A stretch of DNA of 63,980 bases, filler included, from Choristocarpus tenellus KU-1152 (GCA_964200185.2; 14 parts of 14 records of this genome joined end to end with filler, not necessarily neighbours in it); one strand, 5' to 3'. Shown: positions 12,543 to 24,465, counted from the first letter of the whole stretch. A program made the numbers and translations. Notes: generated from the sequence alone by a model not told the origin.

Positions 12543-14549
12543 AATAATTTCGTGTTCTGAACAGTGACTGACTGGAGTTACTAAATGAGGCATTTATATT
12601 ATATTGAAGTGGTGGGTGGGTCCCAAATAAATGTAACCACGATATTATTTCGGATGCTACTTCAATAGTTTGGTTACGATAATAATGGAGCAATAAAAGT
12701 TCCCAGTGGTAAACCTCTGTAAGTTTTGATGTAGTTTTTAGATCTTCTGCGTTCACTGAAGAGTAGTAGGTAGGTGCAGTAAATAATAAACGAGATTCAA
12801 TTTTTACATAGAAAACTCCGTCATGAGTGAGCATATGAAGGGCCCCAAGTATTTGAATGACATTCATTATTATTATCCAAAGAACATACAAGCCACTAAT
12901 GTTGCAGAGTGAACAACGAATTGACAGGATACACGCAATGCGTTATTTCTTAATAACTATCATTATATAGAGTAAGAGTCCACCAATATTTTCGTACTAG
13001 GTCAGTATGGTATTTTGGACAAATCATCCAGGACCAGAATCTTCAATGATTCAAACGGTTTCTACAACCACCACAACAACTGCTGCTGTTCTGCAGCTGC
13101 TCTTGTTGAGACAAGATAGAAGTATAAATTGATGTAGTAGATAGGTTATTCCAGGGGATAGTCTGCCAGGGGGTTACACATTTGTCAGATCAAACCCTTT
13201 CCTCAACTGGAAGCCTTTCCTCTCTTTACAGTTACCAAATTATGACACACATACAGATACTCCATATGTGAGTATATGATAAGCAAGCGAGACTGTGTAC
13301 CCAAATTCTGACCGTATTGGTTGGGGTGAGTGGTGGGTATGCCTATGTTTGATGCAGTGTCGACATATAGTACCCATGTTTTGTGCATGGAACGATCTCT
13401 ACATCACCTCCATGTACACTTGCACTTCGCTTGTTGAGAAAATCCAGGTCGTGAACGTGACATTTTGCTGTATTGTGTACAGACATTAATTGCCTCTATA
13501 ATCATTCCCCTCTAGTTGATTGCACTAAGAAACCCCTTCTGTGTAGCACTCCTGATTATGTTTATGTTAGTTTTAAGCAGAAGGAAGGGTTCATGATAAT
13601 TCTGAAGGATACTAGTATGAGATGTATACATTCCATATTGGATGGAAAAGGTGACTAATATTTGTGTAGGAGCAAATAGTTGATATAGGCGTCACCAATC
13701 ACAACATGCATTCCTTCCGATTTCCAACCAGTCCTTCCTCACGTCAATAACTCACGAAATCGGAACACCAATAAGACCCGACCTTAAGCACTTTGAGTAT
13801 GGTGAGCGGAGTATGATCCCTCTATCTTTACGAATTCAAGAATGTGGTTGGATTATCGTTTAGTTCTTCAGCACAGTATCAGCAAAAAGGTGATATGCTT
13901 AGACTCCAAGCACGTTCTACGTACTTTCACAACAAACACCATACATAATGGTGTGGCTAGTACACAACTAGCTAGCCCACTACTTCTGTAGTTTCACCCG
14001 GGCAAAATTTTATTTATAGCCTGATGCTGTGAAGTCCTGCCCCCAGGCAGGTGAAATAATTCTCCTGGCAATTTCGACCAATATACGTAGTACTCAATGA
14101 ACATGTTGGAACAGATATAGTTGAGTGAGATGTGTGTAGATTCGATTCTCTCCACAAGTGCTATTAAGTGGATTACAGCCCAAGCAGACAACCTGAGGGG
14201 CAACATGCATCATGACTGTGCACTCTCCTCCATGCTTATGCCGAACAAAGGATTACACCATCACTGTATCAAAGGAGCATGACAAAACTAGGTTGAACCT
14301 ATGGTCCATTCCTCAAGTGTGAGAAGACACATGTATGGGAATGGTCTCTACTTGAACTAAAGAGCCACTCCCCCCGTTGATGTACACGGACACATAGTAC
14401 AGTACCGCCTTCATCATCATGTCACATCACACACAGACAAAAACTAGAGGAAACATGCATAATCGGCACACCTAGTCTGTTCCCCATGTATCATTCCGTC
14501 CAGAATTCTGACGCCTACAAATTGACACAATTTCATAGACTTCCCCCTT

Positions 14550-15029
14550 TTAAGGCTTGTGTTGGGCCATGTATAGCGCCGAATAAACTTCTGAAGCGTA
14601 GTGCTTACAGTTGTGAGTGAAGCTCCACGAATTTGAGCTGGCCCTGAAAACCTCCCACGCATCAGAAATTGAGAGAGCACCTTCGTCGCACGTAAATTTC
14701 TCCACACAGGATGACTGGTTGTAGTAAAAATATTCCACGAACTGCTTGCCGTTTATGTTGAGCTCCATCGTCCTCCACGAGTATTTCCCACATTTGTTAC
14801 ACTTGAAACAAATTTCGATGCTCTCATGTGCGTTGTCGTTGTAGACATAGCCAATACCACGGAGTAGGGTGGTGAAAGGAAGGAAGATCGTCCAACTCAG
14901 GACTTTGAAGGTTCCAAAAGCAGTACGAAGTATGGGCGATAGTGGCATTTTAATCCTTTGCACCTCGCGGATATTGCCGCCAGCACCACACCGACATGAA
15001 GATCTTCTTTCATCACCCCCACACGACAT
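14550..15029 (-). CDS. Intronless ~159-aa protein, putative circularly permuted NlpC/P60 (PPPDE/LRAT-like) thiol enzyme
   Basis: Uninterrupted ORF (MSCGG start; upstream ATG at 15098 also possible) with AHESIEI followed about 70 aa later by HNCKHYA, plus CRC and CNKC motifs and a hydrophobic segment. Confidence 0.6.
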   Translation of the reverse strand: MSCGGDERRSSCRCGAGGNIREVQRIKMPLSPILRTAFGTFKVLSWTIFLPFTTLLRGIGYVYNDNAHESIEICFKCNKCGKYSWRTMELNINGKQFVEYFYYNQSSCVEKFTCDEGALSISDAWEVFRASSNSWSFTHNCKHYASEVYSALYMAQHKP

Positions 15030-15463
15030 GATTTCGAGAGAGAATGGGCAATATTCCAATCGTGTCAGAATTTGAGGAAGGAGAATTGATGGACACATTT
15101 GATCTCGTCTCCTATGTTGACATTAATCGTGTAAAATGTGATGTTTCACTCATCTGAGTAGTGATCAAAATAATCGTATAATACTCCTATACCAATTTAT
15201 TCACATTACAAACCCTAGTCAAACCGTTTATTGACATCGCATAGTGTTTGGTCCTCTTATCCTCAGTATCCTCTAATTATACAAGATAATAGAGACCTAT
15301 TATGCTGGACACATATATCTCTCACCTTGTGTTAGGGTGATCCCATACTCTCCGATCTCGCGAACTTGATTGGTATGCTGACCACATACCATCAGCCTTA
15401 GACTACACATGATATCGTGATTGGATATTCATAAATGCATCTTATATATTACTAATGACAACG

Positions 15464-15590
15464 TGTATATTTATTATTATGCCTTCTGACATTTTGCAGA
15501 TGTGTCAGGGGGGAAACCAATGAAAACTATAACAACGTGTATCGTTTTCATTGGTTTCCCTCCTGAGACATCTCCAAAATGTCAGACATC
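15464..15590. repeat. Two inverted copies of the ~70-bp repeat family D (hairpin)
   Basis: Arms 15485-15531 and 15540-15586 are near-complementary. The same unit occurs at 43216-43285, about 4885-4935 and about 5210-5285. Confidence 0.85.
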
Positions 15591-16815
15591 ATTTTATTCT
15601 CACGCCCTCTGATCCATTTTGTATTTATGGAGTCGTGTAATAAAACGGGGAAATAGTATAGTAACAGTCACACATCTTTCTCATTTTCCTTCCATTACCT
15701 TACTTTTTGGTTGTCCTTGAATTATGTAGTCACGGTTCAAGCCCGATCAGAAAGGGGGTGTGTGTCAAGGAAAAAGCTAGTTCAATATAATAACATTTGT
15801 TGTTTCAAAAATAGAACATATTTTATAGATGTGATCGGGAAAACCATTGAAAACCATCATGTCACCAAAGGTTAGATCGAAGTAAAACTGTCTTCTATAC
15901 TAAGATACAAGTAGTTTTATAGAATACCGTAACAAAGAACACATTATCTGTAGTTTCGTTTTGGAATTTCTTCCCAAGAATATTTTTGGAGTAAGAAAAA
16001 CTCATCATGTTATATATATTTCGAAGTATTATTTTGTGCATTGATACATCTAATTTGTCTTCAAAATGTTGATTAGTTGAAAAAGTGAGAGATAATGAAA
16101 TAATCTGAGTTTTGTGGGCGGAAGAATTCTGGTTGACTGGGGGCAGAAGACAAGCGTGGGCAGGGAAAGAAAAAGAAGGAAGCAGGAAGAGAACGAATAG
16201 TTAAGGAAGGGAATAGAAGGTTTGTCACAGGCGATATGTCTTGATGGCGGTTTCATAAACGCCATTGTGACATTGAAGTTCTAGATTTGGTATATTTGTT
16301 CTTCTTGATGATTATTTGTTTATTATTTGGTCATTATATGGTCCCAGATTGTGATAAGACATTGTTCATCAGTTCCTTTCTTATACGATGATATTGACGA
16401 TAATCGAAGTGAGAGATCCAGAATACTTGACGACTTGTGCATCAGGAGTCCTATACGTACATCCGTATCATCTATAGGCCCGTAGATTGGAGCAATACAT
16501 CCTGTGGAGGTGAGCTCTGAGGGGCGCCTGTAACAGGTTAACGGAAATGAGTGGTAGAAAAGGGGAGGAACAGCATTTCAGTGATTGATAAAAGGGAAGA
16601 GAACCAGGGGTACAGGACGAGGAGGGGAGACCAAGGCAACCTCCGAGCAAGCTCTCCTGTCCACCCACCCTGTCGCTTGCTCACGATCGACGGGAACACT
16701 GGGAGGGGGGGGGGGNNNNNNNNNNNNNNNNNNNNNNNNNNNNNNNNNNNNNNNNNNNNTTAATTAATTAANNNNNNNNNNNNNNNNNNNNNNNNNNNNN
16801 NNNNNNNNNNNNNNN

Positions 16816-16896
16816 ATGCAAATGCACTTTTCCCGATTTTGGTCCAAATGGACACCCTCGTGTAGATCCCCCCCACCCCCCCAGATACTTTGGGTC
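16816..16896. mobile_element. MITE family B, right half at contig start
   Basis: GGTCCAAATGGACAC...poly-C CAGATACTTTGGGTC. Confidence 0.9.
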
Positions 16897-17329
16897 TTTC
16901 ATGAAACAACACATCGGGTGCCTTGACGGCATCAAGTAACAACCTTGTCCTCTCCAACTGATTCTGTCCCCGGTTCAGGCTATCTCCGTGAGATGTGCTA
17001 TCCCACACTGATGAACTTGTACGTCCACCAGCAGAGCTCGGCGTTTACCTTTTGCCTGAAGTAGACTAAATAATTTTTCTGCACCTTCCAGCTATATTTT
17101 TGGATAGCCGTACTACCCTGCAGGAAACTTTCCAGGAAAAAAATTGGAAAATGAACCCCACAGGGAAGAGCATCACTATCTATATTAATAGTGAGAGCAT
17201 CTCATCCGAGGGTCACCTCGAAATCAATGATTCCTGCCCTACCTATTTTACATTGAATCAACCTTCACTCTCCTCTTTCTTAGGACCATACTGACCACCC
17301 GTTGCATCTTTTTTGCACTTTTACAACAG

Positions 17330-19396
17330 ACTCCGTTGAGAATGACCCGAAACAGCTCCCCCAGTTGTCAACAGGGCAACAGCTAGCAGGTGGAGGGGCC
17401 GCAGGAAACGGCCTACATATTGTAGCTTGCAGACTGGATGAAATTGTTGCAGATCGTTGGTTTACGGTAGAGCAGGTAAGAAAATAACATATGGTGCAAT
17501 TCTCCATTCCGAGGTGGTACATTAGACTGCAAGCTATATAATTATATTGTTCTTACAAAATATTTACGCGCTTTGGTCAAAAAAATTTCTGATGTGTTGA
17601 TACGGGCTACTAAGAAGGCTCACAAAGACACATTCTCAGTACAGAATGTATCGACATCATGTGTGCATTGTGTTCATCTTAGTCCAAGCACAAAGTCTCA
17701 TGACTATACTCTACCAAGCACTAGCAAGCAGGTTAGCGGAACATAACACGGGAGGGATGCAAGAGGGCAAAATTACAGTAGGACACCCCAGAGGTGTTCA
17801 CACTCAAGGATAGGTTATACCTGAACGCTGACAGAGAACACTTTCCTGAACAGATATGGTGGACAAAGTTTTTTAGTCTCCCTCAAATATTTCTTCAGCA
17901 TTATATCAATGTATGCTAGGAATTGGCATGGGATTAGGCTCTCCAAGTTTGAGTTCAAGTTATATCAATAGATGGTATGGAAACACACAATTGCCCAGCT
18001 CAAGTAAATTTTCACCGTATATTTCACACAGGCTACAGATATTGGCTTCTCCTTTTGTTGAAAAGTCTAGATGCACTTGGGAAGTCAAAAGTAAGACAGC
18101 TTTAGTACTGTACATTTTTCAAAAATGAATACATATTTTGTCTTTCCTTGATCCAGTGGAAACACAGGTACAACTAGATAAGGTGGTCCATATATTTGGA
18201 TGCAATTTGTCAGTGAATATATATTAAAGGGTACGAGTTTTGCCCTGTTTGTCCTTTTGTGACTTGACTTCCCACGGGTTTTTAGTGACATTTTACCTAC
18301 TCCGAAATGTTTCGGAGTAGGTAAAATGTATACGTTATGCAAAGGTGTGTCCGGAATAAGGATACTGAAACTTCCTAACAAACACAATAGCCAAAATTAC
18401 ATCAAAATCGCAACTTTGGGTTTGGCCCCAAACGGACGCTGTCATACCCTCTAAGTTACGTTGAGTCTGGCACTTCTTGCATAAAGGAGGTGATCCTGAC
18501 ACTCCCTTATGTATTATTCGGAGCACTGCACCATTTCAAGTTGGTGCAATTGCTCAGTAAGGGCACTCTGAATGAAGAACATGAGCTTCGTTACGGTCCC
18601 CCCCCAGGTCTATGCTTCATATCCTACAATGGAATAATAGCACCCACAAGGGAAGGGGGTAAAACAGGAAACCGTTTCTGCTATCGTAGTAGTAGTGCTC
18701 AAACGACCAATTGTGCCACCACAAGAGAGGCCTCTTTTTGACCTCGGTGAAATTACCAGGTCAACCAACATCTTAGCTACAGTGTATACAGTTCAGCCAA
18801 CATAAAATCAAGAAAATGCAAGCTCACATAAGTGAGTACGACCCGAAATATGCCATGCATAGGAAAGTAAAAAATTACAACAGGCTCTTGGGGTGAAGAA
18901 ATGCAGGGCAACGAACGACTCCTTGCCTATAAACAATGCAACTAGTCGAAGCAGTATGCATAGTGAAGTCCAATTTTTTTTCGATCGTGCCGAAATAAGC
19001 ATGCGAGGGAACTCCAACTCTCTGGTCGCAGTCCACTTACACCTTCTCAGAGAACGGTTCAAACAGGTAAAGCATCTCACAAGCAGGGTATCATCGCCTC
19101 TTGTTCAGCTGTAACATTTGCTCTCCCCGAGGCAGGTAAAATACTTGATTGGGGCCTTGAGGGGTCAGTATCAAGACGAAGAAACTTTAGATGATGTACT
19201 GGTGGAATTTGTAGTGACAGTGTATCCATGTGTTGTGGGTATCAGCAACTACTTGGAGGTAGTGCAGTGCCTGAACGAAAAATCGCAGGCGTTTGTCTAC
19301 AAGCGAGTGGGGTGGCTGGCTCTTTGGAACCCCAGCAAACCAGATGGCTACGTTGAACTTGCCCTGGATAGGAGAGAGGAACGTCAGGTTGCCAAG
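17330..19396 (+). CDS. Internal exons of an uncharacterised protein (17330-17475, about 18884-19066, 19136-19396)
   Basis: Canonical CAG/GTAAG and GTGAG boundaries. The last exon reads ...KRVGWLALWNPSKPDGYVELALDRREERQVAK, resembling (from recall, unverified) a domain found C-terminal to LRRs in large stramenopile proteins. Confidence 0.55.
18211..18467. mobile_element. MITE family A, older copy with degraded TIRs
   Basis: Internal sequence aligns with 8425/9438; perfect 20-bp-arm palindrome at 18288-18329. Confidence 0.9.
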
Positions 19397-19956
19397 GTGA
19401 GAAACAAATTGAATGAGCTGAAGAGCAAAGACTATGCTGCAAGCTCTCTTGCAGTACCTGTATTCTTGATTGCGGTTTCCTTGACAAGGCTTGTGCCCCC
19501 CCCGCCCCCCCAAGGCATCAGAATCACCAACTTCTGTGCAATTGACACGTAGTTGACGTTTCTGGGGATAGGAGAGCGCAAGCAGCCACAGGGGCACTGT
19601 GCAAACAGCTCCCAACCGGTAGAAACAGTCAAGGTCTTAAGTTTGGAGCAGGGACTGGTATGACTCCAGACATAGATGAGAAACTCGTTGATATGTCAGG
19701 GCAGGCTCGTTTCCTCGGGGTCTCTTGGCTCCTGATCAAATCAGGTTCAAGGAATTCATTATCCATAAACCTAACACCTGAAGTGGAATAGGTTCACTCA
19801 TGGCGGTGATTGGGAGCCCAGGAGCACGCACGAAAAGTTGTGGTGCCATAGAGCATTTAGGATTGCAAGATTGTGACACATTGCGACATAGACCGGAAAT
19901 ATGTGGATCTCAAACGGAACTGAAAAGAATATACACATCAATAAAAAGTGCTATCA

Positions 19957-20221
19957 GAGTGAAAGTATCTTAGAGGGTACGAGGTTTGCCCTGTTTGTCC
20001 GTTTGGGACTTGACTTCCCACGGGTTTTATTAATGACATTTTACCTACTCGGAAACATTTCGGAGTAGGTAAAATGTATACATTATGAAAAGGTGTGTCT
20101 GGAACATGGGCATTGATACTTTGTAACCAACTTGATAGCCAACATTACATCAAAATCGCAACCTTGCATCTTGGGCCCCAAACAGATGCGGCCCTACCCT
20201 AACCCTAAGATACATTTACTC
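19957..20221. mobile_element. MITE family A, full length
   Basis: GAGTGAAAGTATCTTAGAGGGTAC...; ATCA/ATCA TSD; AACC insertion in the right TIR at 20201-20204. Confidence 0.93.
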
Positions 20222-20554
20222 ATCATATACTCAGTAGTATTTTATGTTGAAGGTGGTTCTTAAATGGCACAAAGTACCCCTGGAATCAATCAAGAGGGTC
20301 AAGAGTCATTCAAGAGTCAAAGAAGGAACAAGGTGCCTTAGTGTTAGGGTTAGGATCTCAAAATTAAATTGTGCTAAGAAATTGCAGATGGATGATGGAG
20401 ACCCAAATTATATGGGGGGGGGGGGGGGGGGGGGGGGGGGCAGGGTCGGGTCGTNNNNNNNNNNNNNNNNNNNNNNNNNNNNNNNNNNNNNNNNNNNNTT
20501 AATTAATTAANNNNNNNNNNNNNNNNNNNNNNNNNNNNNNNNNNNNNNNNNNNN

Positions 20555-23013
20555 GAGGTTTCGCCCGAGGGTTGCTATCCCTCTAATCAGTGACAAGCTC
20601 GGCGGGGTATTTACTAGGTGAGGTTGTGTATCCTGGCGGCGTGTTACAGCCTTTTGACGGATGTGTATCCTGGCGGCGTGTTTAGCCTTTTGACGGATGT
20701 GTGTCCTGGCGGCGTGTAGCTGGTCAGCTGACTATCTGCTCGGTAGCTCAGGGGTTTACTAGTGTTTCAACAAGGCTCTCATCTTTTCTCTCTTCTTCCG
20801 CACTCATACGAATAGCAGTCTAAATCTGCACAGGAAAAGAGCCTCAACGGTATGGAGAATAGAATGAAGAAGTTGCCTATCTAGCACTATGTTATTCAGT
20901 GGAGACCTGGGGATGATAGTGACTATCTCTGTGGTGGGTTATATCGGTGGAAAGGATCTGTACGACATTCTGCGGCGAAAATACGTGTTCCCTAAACTCA
21001 CGGACACACCAACGGAACAGTAATGAATAGTACACAACAGCTATGAAAAGAACAACAGACTTCCGTGGCTTCTGCTGGTCCTAGCGGCAAGAGGGCCCGC
21101 AGTAGCAATCATGAAGAGATTCGAAAACAACAAGAACCGAAGGCGGAGGAGCATGGATGGAATGATAGAGAGTCTATGGAGGTTATGCGGAGGACAAGGT
21201 CCCTGTGCAAATCATCAGTTTGGAAGCACACCTCCTGAAGCTACGGTGCTCCTCAACTATATGCTATACGGATTTCGTAGTCGAACTTGAAAGGACGATT
21301 GACAGAATACGAGGAGCCGAAGCGGGCAATTGGGCATCAAAGACGGTATGCTGAACATTTTTCACAGCTGATCACAAGACCCGATATAAGCTATGAGAAG
21401 CTGAAGCGGGCAATAGTCTCATCATCATCATAACTGCATTTGGGCCAGGGAGGGAATAGAAACGCAACGGTCCTACAAAGCACAACAAGGGACCGACTTT
21501 TGAGCACTCACCTTGAGTCACTGAGGTATCCCGATCCTGAACAATGCACTCACTGCCTCAAACGGTGTATCGATGAAAAGAATGCCGCTTGTACTTGGCA
21601 GGCAAATCACCAGTAGAACGACCACGACGGATTGTGCCTGCTATGCAATTTCCTTCATCACTTGCAGCTACATTGGCACCTAGTCAAGGACGACATCAAA
21701 AAGGAAGGTGTGGCAACACGAATCAAGCATGGTCATTCTCAACCTTCAACATTACGGGCAGCAAGGAGGACAAGTAAGTGATGCTTTTAGATGATTGCAA
21801 GGCATAGAGATAGAACTCCTATGAGACCCTGAAGCGAACGTACATTTCACACCATACATAGAGTATCTGGTGAAAACACAAGCAACAAAGCGGACCTGCA
21901 CCTTGGCCCATAATGGGAAGCTGGTGGTTAAGGAGATAGGGATATGGTACTATATCGACAATGAGCAAGAACGAGAAGTCAAGGGTCGTACTTCGGGATT
22001 ATTTTGGGTACCCGGTATGCCATGTTGAATATTGAGCACCAGAACCCTGTGACGAGAAGGTAGACTCCAGATCAAGAACTAGTTACCTGAGAACTTCGCA
22101 GAACGGTCTGCAGATAAAGCTGGACAAATGAGGGGAATTTTTACACCTAAAGGGAACGCTGGAAAGAAAACGGAGTAAGGTAAATGCGTCATTTACCAGG
22201 AAGAGCCAGAAACTTACATTTAATGACTAGCACAACATTCTGGGCCACATCAACCTATCCGCCATAAAACATCTTAAAAAGCGTGGATTATTGGAGATCA
22301 GAGACGCTACGGTGGCTTCCGAGATGACGTGCAAGACGTACAAGAAGTGCAAATCAGAGAAATTCAGGTACCAAAGGGGGTGTCGAAGCTCCAGCCAGTC
22401 TGGCGAAGTTATACACACCGATCTGGCGGACCCTTCCAACCGGACGTCACGGCACACAAATACTCCAAGGCATTTACTGACGAGAGCAGCAGGGACAAGC
22501 AGATTTACGACTTGAAGACCAGAAACACAGCAACAGACGCAACTTCTGCCTACGTCAACGAAATGATCAGAGAAGGTGTGGTTGCGAAGCGCATCAGTGG
22601 AGATGATGCTAGCGAACTTGGAAAATCAGTTCGATTCCAACGCATGCTAGCCAACAGCAGGATTCGATGGAGAGAGTCGCCACTACATACCCCAGAGCAA
22701 CGGGATCACGGAATGGTCCATCAAGTAATTAATGGAGGCTGTGAGGAGCAAACTGTCGAAAGCAAGACTGGACGACGAGTACTGGTTGTGCAATTTACCT
22801 TGGAAGGTATTGCTATTTATCAGTGGTGAAGACAAGAAGGTGTGGAGCCTCAGACGATCCCCTTTGCTGAACGTGAAAAGAAAGGATGGATGAAATTAGA
22901 AGAGTAACCTCTTTGTGGGGTGTCTTCTATTGTTTATTATTATTTAAATCAGAACAGTTTATCTATAATTCAGAACTCCATAGATAGTTCAGATGTACTA
23001 TTTCTTAGTGACA
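20555..23013 (+). mobile_element. Decayed Ty1/Copia element (family 2), internally deleted
   Basis: GAG-pre-integrase HNILGHINL (about 22230) and integrase core VIHTDLA/GPFQPD...FTDESSR...RISGDDASELG...ESPLHTPEQ (22400-22700) with frameshifts; degenerate gag upstream. Boundaries approximate. Confidence 0.85.
20625..20718. repeat. 36-37-bp tandem repeat, about 2.5 units
   Basis: tgtgtatcctggcggcgtgttacagccttttgacgga repeated head to tail, probably in the LTR/leader. Confidence 0.85.
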
Positions 23014-23089
23014 TCATTTGGACTCAATTCAACGCAATAATCTCACATGAAAAAAGTAAGGTACACTTCACTATTGTCCTATTTTGCAC

Positions 23090-23640
23090 ACTCCCCCATG
23101 AGAGAGGAAGTAAAATAACACAGCTTGCTTCAACTCTCACACATACATGACATTAATTTTGTCAACAGAGTGTCTACAAAGTCTTCTACCTGTTTCTTAC
23201 GTAATCTTCTTTTGTCAAGATGTCTGCAAGTTGTAGTGCCGTGGGTATATAATTTCCTGTGAACAATCCTTGGTTGACGTACTTCCTGTGGTGCATTTCA
23301 GCTTGGTGTCGACATGCCTTGTCCTTCTGTTGAAACCTTCAGGTGTCGCTGCTTGGATCGCACCTCGATTGTCCCCATACCAAGTCGTGATCCCTTGGAG
23401 TAAGTAAGCCTAGCTCCCCCAGGATGCCTATGAGGAATATTGCATACCTTATTCCATGCACCATCGCTGTCCATTCTACTCCTGAAGAAGATGTGGTTAC
23501 AGCTCCTTGCATCATGGATTTCCATGCAATTGGTGCCGCATTCAATATAGGATAAAGTATCCTGTCACGCTTCGTCTTGAAGCAGTGTCTGTTAAAACAT
23601 AGGCTACTCATGTGTTTGTTCCTTGATAGGATACAGTTCC
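23090..23640 (-). mobile_element. Ty1/Copia RNase H relic with polypurine tract
   Basis: APIAWKSMMQGAVTTSS..EWTAMVHGIRYAIFL.GILGELG, then across frameshifts GFNRRTRHVD and QLADILTK; GGGGGAG then TGTG at 23090 (putative PPT/LTR start). Confidence 0.85.
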
Positions 23641-24195
23641 TCCACCAGTGAACATTGACTGTTGATTGGTCTGTTATGCTCTGGACGTTACCGTCACTAG
23701 TTCATCATCACCACATCAATCACTATCAGAGCACCGTAGTACAGAACAGTCGCTCTGCGTCTCACACGCAGGAATAATATACGTCACTTGAGTTGCATCA
23801 CATATTGGTTCAAATTTGTTCTGCTGTTCTCTCGTTTATTTTTTCTTTCACTCTTTCTTCTTATCAGCAGAAGATGACAGTTGCACGTTGATTATTGATT
23901 ATTATTTGTTTCGTGGCTGTCATTCATCTCTCACAATGCACCAAGCTCACTCTGCAAAAAATGTACAAAACGCAAACATTGATGTAATATAATCAGAGTT
24001 AAAACCATCGGCGGAAACCCTTGCCAGCCAAGGTGACAAGCCTCTCCCCAGAGTATAGACTTCTTTCGTTGAGTATCTCATGAAAGAACACTGAATTCAC
24101 ATCGCATCATTCTTGACTGAGAGATCAACGACCTCGGTCACAACAGAATAAATTCATTAGCGCTTTGTAGTACAATCACATCTATCCAGAACACA

Positions 24196-24465
24196 GTCTA
24201 CGCATTTTACTCATCGGTGCTTTGCAACACCATGATTCCTCATCATTAGTAGTCTACGCATTTTGTTCACATGTAAGATACACATTCGATTCAGGTTTCA
24301 ACAGTGTCATTGCCCTATTCTGAGTCTCCATACCCGACCAGGCCCTCGTTGTCCATTTCACCACCACCAGGATAGTGTATCTGTTGAAACACTAGCTCAT
24401 ACCACAGACTATGTACTCCACTCATCGGTGCTTTACAACACCATGATTCCTCTTCCTTCATAGTC
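24196..24465. repeat. Degenerate local direct repeats (~55 bp)
   Basis: agtctacgcatttt occurs twice and actcatcggtgcttt(g/a)caaca..atgattcctc twice; the contig ends in the repeat. Confidence 0.6.

Noticed and set aside
12541-12891. 116-aa minus-strand ORF; also ORFs at 41311-41578 and 52667-53089
   Set aside because: No recognisable motif or convincing splice context; likely chance or decayed sequence.
20625-20718. 36-37-bp repeats (and 22-bp repeats at 44329) as a CRISPR array
   Set aside because: Head-to-tail with no unique spacers, no cas genes, eukaryotic context.
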